A stretch of 64,000 nt of DNA, from NCBI RefSeq assembly GCF_006345805.1, contig NC_043010.1, positions 47,368,001 to 47,432,000 of the forward strand, written 5' to 3'. The position numbers were made by a program, and so were the translations under genes. Below are positions 1 to 12,660 of this stretch, piece by piece (position 1 is the stretch's first letter; each line of letters starts with the position of its first letter). The DNA comes from Octopus sinensis. Lineage: Eukaryota. The notes beneath the pieces are model-generated. The model was not told where the DNA came from and ran no database searches. It saw only the letters and a program-made list of their open reading frames with translations.

Positions 1-1789
1 AGCAGCTAACATCCCCAAGGGTAATACAATCAATAATGTAAAGGCAATGAACTAAACAGCAAAACAGAAGTTATTTGAAAAGTAAATAAATAAAAACCTG
101 AAATTACGTAAGGGCAAAAAATAAATAAATAAAAAATGAAGTGCTTGCTATAATAAAATAAAAGAGAAGAAAGGGAAGAAGCAATGACAAACCACACTGG
201 AAATAACATATAATCTCACATAGTTTCCAAATTAACCTAGAAAAATGTCAGGATGAACCTGCTTAAAATCCGCTGCTGTATTTACTTCAAAGGAATGCAA
301 ACGTTTTTGATACAGCAATAACAATTTTGTTATAAAATATTTTAGTTGTTTAAGACAGAAAGAATGGGAGAGGATTATTTAGAGCTACATTTTGCTGAGC
401 ATGATATCTGTTGTATTGTATTTTTGTCACAAGACAGCTTGAGACTGAATATTGAGCTTCAGTGATTTTTTTTGCTTATTTTTTTTATAATACTATCTTA
501 TCTTTTACTTGCTTTAGTCATTAGACAGCAGCCTTGCTGGGGAACTGCTTTGGTGAATTTTTAGCCAAATGAACTGACGCCAGTACTTATTAATTTTTTA
601 AAGCCTGGTACTTAATCTTTCAGGCTCTTTTGCCAAACCACTAAGTGATAGGGATGTAAACACACCAACACCAGTTGTCAAGCAGTGGTGGGGGACAAAC
701 ACAGACCTGCATACACAATCACACACACACATAAACGTAGATGTTCTGTTAGAACAAACTATACTGCAGTAGATACTATGAGAAAAATTCTTATATTGGC
801 TTTTGGTGCAAAATGCACTTTTAATTCCTGCCACCTCCAGCACTGAAACCACAGATCATCTCTGTTTAAGTGGGGATAAATATAACTTTTGGTCCACAGA
901 TGTGCTGTTTCCTATCTTGATTTATTATATTAAACCAACACTGGCTTCCACTCCTCAAAATTAATTGCTTAACATCTCTGCAAAAGTCCAAACAATATAC
1001 TGATTTCTCATCTCATTCCTCCATTCCACATCTCACTCACACCTTTCAGGCTTTCTGTTAATTACTTTGTCCAAATCTCAACCTGCAATTGTCTAAGTTT
1101 AATACCAACCGTATCAATATCATTAGTCACAGTGTGTCTCCTTTTAACTAACCCATTGCAAAAGATAAACAGTTAATATTTTCACTCTAATCACTTAGTG
1201 GAGAGCTATAAAAATCAGCAATGAAAGAAGAAATTTGTATTGTGATGAAACTCAAAAATTCCAAGGAAGACACAAAAAATTTTCAGCATAAGCCTATTAT
1301 ATAAAGAAATGAATGAATTTGTGTTCCATTCTCAGTTTTATTGTATAAATATTTATCTTGCTTTTTTTTACTCTTCAAAATCAACTGTAATAGTTGTTGG
1401 TGACATGCAAACATAACAGTGCTGATAAAGGAGACAAAATTATTGCAGCAACAGAAACAAGCATGCATATATATATACATTATCAGTCAGACACATTTGC
1501 ATGTTGTTCATTTGTGTGTGCATGTGTGTCTGTGTATGTGTGTGTGTGTGCATGTGTGTCTGTGTGTGTGTGTGTGTGTGTACATATATATATTATCTGA
1601 TGAAATGGACGTACTACACACCCAGGACAGTTTAAGTCATATGGCACTGAATCAAACTATTATTAAAAATATATGCAGTTCCTACCAAACTAATGCCACT
1701 TTCTTTCATTTGTCCACTCATTCAGTCATTTACACACACATTTCCATTGGTAAAAATGAACTCAGTATAAAAGTAGAGTGCAATAATTT

Positions 1790-2700
1790 ATTTAGGCAAC
1801 CCCATTGGCCCAATACTTTGGAGCTTTCCTTATGTGGTTCTACCTCAATGCCATACCAACCGCCCTCACACCATCTTGCCCTGTTTTGGGCATCCTCCCT
1901 TTTGAAGCCAACCCTCCCAATCTCTTCCTCCACATTTTCCTCAGTCCATCTCACTTTTGTAGTCCATTTACCTAAAAATCAAGCACCTTCCTCAGAACAT
2001 GCTGCTCATCCCTTCTCAACACATGCCCATACCACTGCACTTCATTCACCTTGCTAGCTGTTCCACCAATTCCTCCAACCCCAGCATCCCCATCAAGTCC
2101 TCTTCTTATGAAATAGCTTCACACCACACATTTCTCTCACCATTGCTCTCTCAGTCCTTCTCAAAATTGTCATCTCTCTCTCAGACACCATGTCTCACTC
2201 CCATACGGCATTGCAGCTCTCACACAACTCCTATAGACCCTTCCTTTCATCTTCAATGAGAACCTTTTCCCATATAACAATGCTCCACAATCCCTGAACT
2301 TCACCCAGCCAAGTCTCGCTCTTGCTGTCACATCCACCACTTACATCCACCCTATCTCCCAAATAACAAAACCCTCTCACCATTTCCACCTCATCACATA
2401 ACATTTCCACTGGTTCCACCAGCCCTCCAGCTCCTTTTTCACATCTTCCACAAACAAACTCTCTTGCCAGTTTTGGGGTCACCTACTTCATTTTCGGACA
2501 TCTACCATGAATCCATTTCTCATATCTCGTATACAACACTGCATTTGCCATTACCCTCCTTCCACATACCCACATGGATCCACTTTACTAACTAACTAAC
2601 ACTTCTTCTTCGACCCTGCACACAATCACCTTTGGCTTACTGAAGTTTACTTTCAAAGCATTGCATTCAAATGCTTCCTTCCATTTCAGTTTCTCTCTAC
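1790..2700 (-). mobile_element. 5'-truncated, degenerate RTE-type LINE (RT C-terminal region)
   Basis: Fragments EVEMVRGFCYLGDRVDVSGGC, ...YGSETWCL... and a Cys/His-rich insert (…KWIHGRC…FVCGRC); frameshifted. Confidence 0.75.
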
Positions 2701-3374
2701 AAATCCACTCACAAATGTTCAGTCAGCCCGGGGCTATGCCTAAGGTGCCAGCAGTGGCACTGAACCTGAAACGATGTGGTTGGGGAGCAAACTTAACTAC
2801 ACAATAAATAACACACACACACACACACACATATATATAACATAAATAAATAATATATGAATATATAATCTTTTCTACTCTAGGCACAAGGGCCGAAATT
2901 TTTGGGGGGAGGGGCAGTCAATTAAATCGACCCCAATATGTGACTGGTACTTCATTCATCGACCCCCAAAAGGATGAAAGGCAAAGTTGACCTCGGCAGA
3001 ATTTGAACTCAGAACGTCAAGTCATATGAAATACCGCTAAATATTTTGGCCAGCATGTTAACGTTTCTGCCAGCTCACCTTATAAATATATATATATATA
3101 TAATCATTGTCATCATTTAATGTCCATTGTGCATGCTGGCATGAGTTGGACAGTGTGACAAGAGGTGGCAACTTGGAAAGTTTGATTTGGCATGGCTTCT
3201 ACAGCTGGATACCCTTCCTATCGCCAATATATATATGTGCGTATATATATATATATATTGTTATATTTCGGAATGGTCATATTGCCAGTTTAGCCAATAA
3301 AAACACACGCACTATATATTGGTGTTATTTTGCTTCAGTGATATTTATTTTTACATTAATCTTAATCTTATTTC

Positions 3375-3419
3375 GGCCAAAGTTCTTTCGTCACACTCCT
3401 GTGACCGCATCAGTGGTCC
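3375..3419 (-). ncRNA. Minimal type-I hammerhead ribozyme-like motif in the PLE 3' region (left copy)
   Basis: GGACCA CUGAUGCG GUCAC-aggagu-GUGAC GAAA GaaC UU UGGCC: core variant, 5-bp stem II, 2-bp stem III, stem I GG(A)CCA/UGGCC. Confidence 0.65.
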
Positions 3420-6400
3420 TTTGTTTTCTTCTCACTTACTTGTGTCTCTCCTTACTATCCGTCAGCCATTTTGTATTTCTATTGTATGTCTTCATTTGCG
3501 CATGCTTATATCTCTATGTGCGTCTATGTTTATTTAGTGTGTGTGTGGGGGGGATGCCTGTAATATTTGTATCTTCTGGTTATATACATTCTTGTAATTT
3601 GTATTTTGTTTTTGTTGTTGTTGCTTTTGTTCTAATTTTGTTCATGTGTTTACATCCACCCATTATTATCATTACATATGCTTGTATGTACGTATAACAA
3701 CAATATTAGTAATAATATAATAAATCTAATCGAAAAAAAAAATAAATAAATAAATAAATAAAAAGAATATACATATATATATACATACATATACACATAT
3801 ATATATATACATATATACACACATATATACACATATACATATACACATATATACACATATACATATTATAGATATTCATTTTTATTTCTTTCATTACCTG
3901 TGTATTATTATGTTTGCAGGATCCACCATTGTCATATGTTGTGGTGTGCGCTATTGCTCCATTCTAGTTTTCTATTCAGGCTAGGTTTATTTTCTATTAT
4001 ATGTGTAGCTTCTGTAATTTGTCTAATTGTTGCATGTCTATGTGTGTGGACAATTTTAATCTCTATGTTATTGATTGATCCCCCGTGTTCTTGTTCGCGG
4101 TTGGTACAGAATCGATGCGCTTTTACCTTCCTTGAGTTGTCTCCAATGTTCATTCCCGCTCACCAATGCTTCTTGCAGTTTCCCCTACGTATGTTACTGT
4201 CTTGTTACTGCATCGTCCCTCTATACATCTTATACTATAGACCACATTTCTGGCTTTACAGTTCGTTTGTGGGCTAAATCTACATACATTGCAATAGTTA
4301 TCCGTACAGAGAGTTCTACTAAAAGGATAGCTTCTACCAATTATAGATCTGATAGGGTTGCCTGGCTTTTCACAACCATAATTCTTAGTTTAAGTTTATC
4401 TAGGGTCCTTCTAAAGCGGTACGCTAGTTCACCTCCAGGGGTGGTGTCAACGAACATGACACTCTGGTATTTATGGCTATCATACCAAGAGTTGGCCTTC
4501 CCTATTTTCTTTTTTGTCCTTTCTATAGTGTTCCATGACTTGTTCCTATAGAGTGGGCAAATCCCATTCCTATCATTACATAATATATTATCAAATTTCT
4601 TCATGGCTCCTTTGTATATACTCTGATCCTTTCTTTATGGCTGTAACCTGAGAACTGCATGCGGTGAATGAAATACTGTATGTGTCTCTTTAATTCTGTA
4701 GGCTCGCACATGCGTGACACATTTCTCATTATTCTGACGAGGTCTGCCATCAAATATTGAATTTGGCATGTCCGCAATGGCTGAGTTCCGGTGGATCAGG
4801 TATTTTGAGGCCATAGGTTTTGCATAGTATGAATGAGGATTTGGGTTTTATTTTCACAATTTCTAGCCAGAGTTCAGTGTCTAGTACTGGTAGTCTATGG
4901 TTGGGGTGTTTAGTGGGGTAGTCTATTGTGACCTTAATACTCTGGTGGATGGAGTTAGCTATTTGCTGGATGCTCTCCATAGTATTAGTTTCTATACTAT
5001 ATCAACAGTACTCTTGTGGGGGTGCCTTTACTACTATATTGATATCATCAACATAGCGAGAGTAATGTTTACGAGTATGGATTTCTGCAGTAGGCATTCT
5101 TTTAAGCCTTCTGTCCCACCATACCATGAAGAGGTTGGCCACATCACCAGCGATACTAACACCGATGGCTGCCCCCTCGTCCTGGCATATATTTTATTAT
5201 TAAATTTAAATGTGTGGCCTTTTAGGGTAACTCTTATACTAGCTCCTAGTGCATGTGCGATCATTTTTTACTGATGGACATTTGCGGGGCTCCGTATGGC
5301 TCTGGTCATCCGCGCCATCTTTCTATATGTGTCTTCCTAGCCATAGAAGTAATTGTAGGCGGCTTACCTCTTAAACATCTACTGGGGCAGAGAAACTACT
5401 AAGAGAGTACTGTTGATATAGTAATAGAAACTAATATGGAGAGCATCCAGCAAATAGCTAACTCCATCCACCAGAGTATTAAGGTCACAATAGACTACCC
5501 CACTAAACACCCCAACCATAGACTACCAGTACTAGACACTGAACTCTGGCTAGAAATTGTGAAAAAATAAACCCAAATCCTTCATTCATACTATGCAAAA
5601 CCTATGGCCTCAAAATACCTGATCCACCGGAACTCAGCCATTGCGGACAATGCCAAAATTCAATATTTTGATGGCAGACCTCGTCAGAATAATGAGAAAT
5701 GTGTCACGCATGTGCGAGCCTACAGAATTAAAGAGACACATACAGTATTTCATTCACCGCATGCAGTTCTCAGGTTACAGCCATAAAGAAAGGATCAGAG
5801 TATACAAGGAGCCATGAAGAAATTTGATAATATATTATGTAATGATAGGAATGGGATTTGCCCACTCTATAGGAACAAGTCATGGAACACTATAGAAAGG
5901 ACAAAAAAGAAAATAGGGAAGGCCAACTCTTGGTATGATAGCCATAAATACCAGAGTGTCATGTTCGTTGACACCACCCCTGGAGGTGAACTAGCGTACC
6001 GCTTTAGAAGGACCCTAGATAACTTAAACTAAGAATTATGGTTGTTGAAAAGCCAGGCAACCCTATCAGATCTATAATTGGTGAAGAAGCTATCCTTTTA
6101 GTAGAACTCTCTGTACGGATAACTATTGCACTGTATGTAGATTTAGCCACAAACGAACTGTAAAGCCAGAAATGTGGTCTATATATAAGATGTATAGAGG
6201 GACGATGCAGTAACAAGACAGTAACATACGTAGGGGAAACTGCAAGAAGCATTGGTGAGCGGGTGAATGAACATTGGAGACAACTCAAGGAAGGTAAAAA
6301 GCGCATCGATTCTGTACCACACACGCCGAACAAGAACACGGGGGATCAATCAATAACATAGAGATTAAGATATTGTCCACACATAGAACAGATGCAACAA

Positions 6401-7010
6401 TTAGACAAATTACAGAAGCTACACATATAATAGAAAATAAACCTAGCCTGAATAGAAAACTAGAATGGAGCAATAGCGCACACCACAACATATGACAATG
6501 GTGGATCCTGCAAACATAATAAATACACAGGTAATGAAAGAAATAAAAATGAATATCTATATATATGTATATGTGTATATATGTGTATATGTATATGTGT
6601 ATATATGTGTGTATATATGTATATATATATATGTGTATATGTATGTATATATATATGTATATTCTTTTTATTTATTTATTTATTTATTTTTTTTTTCGAT
6701 TAGATTTATTATTATTATTACTAATATTGTTGTTATACGTACATACAAGCATATGTAATGATAATAATGGGTGGATGTAAACACATGAACAAAATTAGAA
6801 CAAAAGCAACAACAACAAAAACAAAATACAAATTACAAGAATGTATATAACCAGAAGATACAAAATATTACAGGCATCCCCCCCACACACACACTAAATA
6901 AACATAGACGCACATAGAGATATAAGCATGCGCAAATGAAGACATACAATAGAAATACAAAATGGCTGACGGATAGTAAGGAGAGACACAAGTAAGTGAG
7001 AAGAAAAAAA

Positions 7011-7055
7011 GGACCACTGATGCGGTCACAGGAGTGTGACGAAAGAACTTTGGCC
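7011..7055 (+). ncRNA. Minimal type-I hammerhead ribozyme-like motif in the PLE 3' region (right copy)
   Basis: Same sequence as 3375-3419 on the opposite strand: ggaccaCTGATGCGgtcacaggagtgtgacGAAAgaactttggcc. Confidence 0.65.
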
Positions 7056-9790
7056 GAAATAAGATTAGATTAATGTAAAAAATAAATATCACTGAAGCAA
7101 AATAACACCAAATATATAGTGCGTGTGTTTTTATTGGCTAAACTGGCAATATGACCATTCCGAAATATAACAATATCTGTTTCAAACACACGACTTCACA
7201 TAAAAAATCTGGCACAACAAATATATATATATAATATATATATATAATATATATATATATATAAATACATATATTACATACATATACACATGTTATAATA
7301 GATACATTATATATGTGCATTATATTCAGTTTGAAATATTACTGTTCCTAAATCTATCAATATTAATCTATTAACATTTAAAAGATATTTCAGCTCTATC
7401 TTCAGAAGAAAAGGATTTATAAAATGCCATATTTTCATATACTTTACTTTGGGTTACAAAGGACCATAGTAGTGCCGGTGATTTTTTTTTTGTTCTTTCT
7501 TTGCTGGATTCATATATTATTCCCTAATTAAGTCTTGTAGTTTTTGTAGCAAATTTCAAATGTGCTGTATGTAAATCTGTCCTCATTTATCACTGGTTCA
7601 ATCTTTACTGATCTGATATAACAGTACTCTCAACTGTGAGCCATGTTATGTTCATTGTGTATTAATCTATGATTGCATGGGTTGGTGATCAGTCATATTT
7701 TTCTGCTTGCACTGCAAAAACACACCCCAGGGACCACCCACAATACTCAGCTACCCAGAATGCTCTGTCTTGCTTGTGTTTATATGATTATGTTGCCAAT
7801 TCACCCGGAGGAAGGAAATGTTTATATTGCGAATCAAAGAATAAATATTTATACTGTTGAAGTTAATGGAAAATCTTGACTCTTTCTTCAATTAATATTT
7901 GATGTAAAGGATGTGAGCAGCACCCATCCAGTGCGGGAACCTCTCATCCTGTTACAGTTGTGTTGTATTTTTTATATGGATTTAAATACTCATACCCATC
8001 AACTTGGGACCAATGAACAGAAAAAATACAATAGTTCCTAATCATAACAAATGACATAGACAAGTGTATTCTCTACAGAAAAGGTAGAGATGATCAAGAA
8101 AATATGTAACTGTGTCAAGAATCACAGCTGTGAGCCATGGGTTGGGAGTCAATGAATCTACCACTCATTTCATTTACAAAATGCAAGGATATGATTCATT
8201 TATCACTGTGTTCTTTTTACTTTTTGCAATCAAACCCCTGTGATAAATGAAGATAGACATATCACTGTGTTGATTTTTTTCTTTTTTGGCTTGTATTTTT
8301 TCTGTTAGCAAAACCTTCATCGACACATCAGCTTTATGGAATTGTAATGCTGTTGATTCCCGTTTTTCTATAATTTTTGTTTCATGTGCTGTATTGTAGT
8401 GTGTTGCACAACAATATTGTTGTGTGTTACACTCATAGGCTCAGGAACAGGGTACAAGGTGGCTATGAAATTGCTCTGAGAATCTTCCTAAGAAACTTCA
8501 TCACCAAAATGAACAAACAGAAACGATTTTTGAACTGATTTGAAACATTAATTTTCCATTATTGGATTTGCCTGATTTGACTGATGTAAAAATATTATAA
8601 TAACAACTATTATTTTACCTGTGTTTGTTTTGATATAAAGAGTGAAAAAAAATTGACCTTGCTTGTAAAAAATTTTGGAGATGGGTTTGCAACCCCAAAG
8701 TAAATTTTGTTCCTGCACTTATTGTTACACATCAAGGAGCCAACATGCAATCTATTTTTGTAGCTCATGCAACAAAAATCAATAAAAAACATTAGTTGAC
8801 AATACTATAATGTTAGGTGTGTATGGAGGCTTTGCTAACAGTAAACTATAAGCCAAAAATCAACACATGAAATGAATTATATAAAGTACCAAACTAAACT
8901 GTTGAATAACTTTTAAATCTGGAGCTGAACTAAAAGAAAAGAAAGACAAAGAAGTAAAAATCACTAGCACTCCCCTGATCCTTTGTAACCTAATGCAAAG
9001 TATATGAAAAAAAAACACCATTCTAAAATTGTCTTATTCTGAAGATAGAGCCAAGAAAGCTCCCAAAACATTAATGGACTCATAATGGATTTAGGAATAC
9101 TAATGTTCCAAACAGAACATAAAGAACTAAAAAGAAATATGAAAAATCTTCAATAATAAAAAAAAAAGCAAACTCATAATTGTGTCCTTAAAATCTACAA
9201 GATTTTCCATGACTGTATAATGAGAAGGTTGGAATTTTACAAAGGAAAGAGACATCTGACAAAGTTCTTTACATCATCTTAATATGAAAAAGCGCATATA
9301 TGTATGTTCCAAGTTTTAGGTCACAAGTTTGCTCCTAGCTGACTGAAATTTTGCATAAGGAAACAATCTTTTCAAGAAAAATGTCATAGGCTATAGCTTT
9401 AAAAGTTTTTTCAGCTTGTGCTGCTGGATAAGTCTTGATCATGATTTTGATGATAAGCCTTTTCATTTACCCATCACAACAAATCTTAGTATGATGTAAT
9501 CAAAAAGTCAATAGTTTGTTCCAGACAGAATATCCTTCCTCCTACAGGGACAAAGGCCTGAAATTTTGGGGGAGGGAGTTAGTTGATTACATTGACCCCA
9601 GTGCTCAACTGGTACTTATTTCATTGAGCCCAAAAGGATGAAAAGCAAAGTTGAGTTCAGCAGCAATTAAATTCAGAACATAAAAGATGGATGAAATGCC
9701 ACTAAGTATCTTGTCTAATGTGCTAACAATCTTGCCAGCTCACTGCCTTGTCCCAGACAGAATACAATATCAAATATTAAAATTGAAGTA

Positions 9791-9998
9791 GAGATGCAGC
9801 ATGGAATTTTTATCAGTGAACAGGTCTCGGTCACAAAGTGATGAAAATATTTTGACAAATTAAATTTAAATGTTGAAGTGAATCTAATGGTTTTTGTGTG
9901 TTTCTTAAATGGTTTATAAACACCTTCCACGCCGCAATTGTTTTCGTTCCAGCACACGATCTCAGATCAGGTCACTTGCTATGCGAGTCCATCTCTGT
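9791..9998. mobile_element. Short unclassified insertion with an 11-bp TSD
   Basis: aaattgaagta at 9780-9790 and 9999-10009; short inverted termini gagatg/catctc. Confidence 0.55.
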
Positions 9999-11175
9999 AA
10001 ATTGAAGTACTTTTTCCTAAAACGTTCTCAAATTCAGTAACATTCATTTTTGTGGCTTCATTAACACTGTTAGTAATTACACTAAGCTCATTAAAAGTTT
10101 CATGTTTAAATGTATATCATTTAAGAGCAAAAAAAAATACTCTTTTTTTTTCATTCCTACAGTTTTGATCATAGGTGATTAAATAAACAGAAATAATGTT
10201 CAGTTATCAGTATACTCTTGTTTTTAAACTAAGTGATGCCATATCATCATCATCATCATCACCATAAATTTGAGGTATTTTTTACCATGATAGGACTGAT
10301 CTACATTATACCATCTCTCTAAGTGTCATCTATACAGCAAGATCAGATTCAATTACATTTGTCAAGTCTTTATGAGTCTACTTCTTTGGAATGCACTTTA
10401 CCACAGGGAGCCTCTATGTATGTACCCAACCTACTAAATATAGCTAAATCTCTCTCAAGTCATATTTAAATGTCTGAAATGAATAAGGATACACTAGTTA
10501 ACATAGTTCTGAGGTAAACTAAATCTGAGAAGGAACACTTTTGACCATAGGTTTGCTTAATAAGGGAGGACTTGGAGCAATGCACAGACACTAGTTCTTT
10601 ACTCACAGCTAAGCTCTCCTGTATATTAATTGTGTACAACCACTAAATATTATTCCAATTGTTCTGTCTCCATTCAAAGTGCCTCAGCATTTCTTCATGT
10701 TATACGCTGTCAAATGTTACAGATGTTTCATATAGTTTATCGGGGTGGGTGGGGGTGGGGGAAGAAAGCTTGTGTGTAACCAGGGCTTTCTAACAATAAT
10801 TCTCTAAAAATTTTTACATTCATTTGAACACTGGCCACTATATTGACTCTCTAGTCACTTACACTAAATAATGAATGTCACTTATATGGCTGATATTACC
10901 CACTATTTCCAATGCGTAATTTAAGCAATCTGTGCCATTCAGGTTTTGGCTGAGGATGATCCAGTCTGTAAAATACTTCTAACACTTTTATTTCTTTTTT
11001 TCGGAGATATCTATTTGTACTTTTTGTGTCCATAATGTATTGACTTCACAGTCTTGAATTCCACTTACTTATCTTCAAATACTGAAGCGGTGGTGCCCCA
11101 GCATGGCTGCGGCCTTCAGGCTAAAACATTTTTAAGGATTTAAGGATTTATAGCTATTTGTTCAATCTAGCACCT

Positions 11176-11408
11176 TAACCTTTTAGCAATTAAACAGGTA
11201 TATCCATCCAAAGTATTCTACCTGTTTTATGCTCAAATCAGCCATATCTGATTTCTCATACCTATCCTTTAATGTTATTGTAAAAAAAATAACCAATTAA
11301 TCACACCATAACAGTCTCATAGCTACAAGATAATGCACAATAAATTCAGAATAACTTGTATAAATAAGCGTTATATTTGACAGAGTAATCTGAATGCTAA
11401 ATGGTTAA
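11176..11408. mobile_element. piggyBac-type MITE (family also at ~31488-31714, 46310-46510, 49518-49744, 56122-56326, and split at 59608-60385)
   Basis: TTAA-CC(C)TTTAGCA…TGCTAAA(G)GG-TTAA termini and a shared internal sequence (cctacaatgtcattc…catttgacagagtaatctg). Confidence 0.7.
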
Positions 11409-11599
11409 GCTTGTTCCTGTTAACTTTTTACATCTTTCCACTCAAGAATCGTCTTCTAGATGTTGAACATTTTTGATGTTATATAGCAGTATCTACAATT
11501 AGAAGCAGGGTGTCAGTTTACAGAAATATCCACAATCATTCAATCCAGAACTCCTTTGTAATTTCTTTGAGGAAAAAAGAGTTCTCTTTCTCTTTTATC

Positions 11600-12027
11600 A
11601 CTTTTACTCATTTCAGTCATTAGACTGCGACTATACTGGGGCACTGGTTGAAGAATGTTTTGCTGAATGAATCGATCCCAGTACTTATTGTTTTTTTTAA
11701 AGCCTGGTACTTATTCTATCAGTCTCTCTGCCAAACCACTAAGTTATGGAGATGTAAACAAACCAACACTGTTTATCAAGTGGTGGTGGGGGACAAACAC
11801 AAGCACAAAGACACACACACACGCACACACAATTATATATATATATATACATACACACACACATAATGGGCTTCTTTCAGTTTCTATCTACCAAATCCAC
11901 TTGCAAGGTTTTGGTCTACCTAAGGCTATAGTAGAAAACACTTGTCCAAGGTGCCAAGCAGTGGGTTTGAACCTGGAACCATGTGGTTGGGAAGCAAACT
12001 TCTTACCACACAGCCATGCCTATGCCT
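11600..12027 (-). mobile_element. tRNA-derived SINE, family A
   Basis: Reverse complement of the 12249-12660 unit (ggctgtgtggtaag…gggttca… head, central microsatellite, gactgaaa…taaaag tail). Confidence 0.85.
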
Positions 12028-12248
12028 GCACAGATCTTTTGTAGATGCCTGTGGGTACACAGCATTATTCCTTAAACTCACTAATAACCCAGCTTCTGCT
12101 TTAGCACCTTCATACATAGCTTCAATGTCTCCTATGACCATATTACTTTCCAAATATGTACCACAATGCAAAAATAAAACCACATCAAAATCCTTCTGGC
12201 AGTTCTCTTGCCAGATATACAAACCATTATTGTTTCATATACTAATAT

Positions 12249-12660
12249 GGCGCAGGAGTGGCTGTGTGGTAAGTAGCTTGCTAACCAACCACATGGTTCC
12301 GGGTTCAGTCCCATTGCGTGGCATCTTGGGCAAGTGTCTTCTGCTATAGCCCTGGGCCGACCAATGCTTTGTGAGTGGATTTGGTAGACAGAAACTGAAA
12401 GAAGCCTGTTGTATATATGTATATATATATATATGTGTGTGTGTGTGTTTGTTTGTGTGTCTGTGTTTGTCCCCCTAGCATTGCTTGACAACCGATGTGT
12501 GTTTATGTCCCCGTCACTTAGTGGTTCGGCAAAAAAGACCAATAGAATAAGTACTGGGCTTACAAAGAATAAGTCCTGGGGTCGATTTGCTCGACTAAAG
12601 GTGGTGCTCCAGCATGGCCGCAGTCAAATGACTGAAACAAGTAAAAGAGTAAAAGAGTAA
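12249..12660 (+). mobile_element. tRNA-derived SINE, family A, full length (others at ~500-730-, 12715-13102-, 25235-25615+, 36805-37170-, 37680-38091-, 41260-41655-, 57185-57570-, 62955-63310+)
   Basis: A-box-like TGGCTGTGTGG, B-box-like GGGTTCAGTCCC, internal (TA)n(TG)n and an (AGTAAAAG)n tail; many dispersed copies in the window. Confidence 0.9.

Larger units (their letters stand above)
3255..7222. mobile_element. Penelope-like retroelement (RT + C-terminal GIY-YIG endonuclease, probably Naiad clade) with an inverted partial duplication
   Basis: Minus copy 5403->3255 holds RT motifs (GHTFKFNNKIY; AIGVSIAGDVANLFM; YVDD at 5044-5055; LPVLD) and the EN (CxxxxCxxC…CKARNVVYSIRC…YVGETARS…EATHIIENKPSLN). 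5404-7176 is its reverse complement. Both ends lie in (TA)n. The Naiad assignment is from recalled motifs only. Confidence 0.9.

Noticed and set aside
1413-1421. Possible 9-nt microexon (CACTGTTAT) with a good acceptor and nearby TGCATG motifs
   Set aside because: The donor (gtttgc) is very weak and unsupported without RNA data.
5300-5315. In-frame TGA (…RWRG*PEP…) in the PLE RT as possible selenocysteine, since some Naiad PLEs are reported to encode selenoproteins
   Set aside because: It lies in the single-copy, indel-prone spacer. Restoring one G gives RWRGWTRAIRSP…, a simpler explanation, and the Cys positions in the linker and EN are ordinary Cys codons.
6485-6980. SECIS-like AUGA…AAA…GA patterns after the PLE stop codon (~6491-6540, ~6935-6970)
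   Set aside because: Helix II pairing is too short or poor by eye. SECISearch3 on a polished consensus would settle it.
12040-12240. Minus-strand peptide …IEAMYEGAKAE… considered as a CCDC186 exon
   Set aside because: It resembles a LINE RT fragment (…AMYEGA…) rather than the expected CCDC186 C-terminus.
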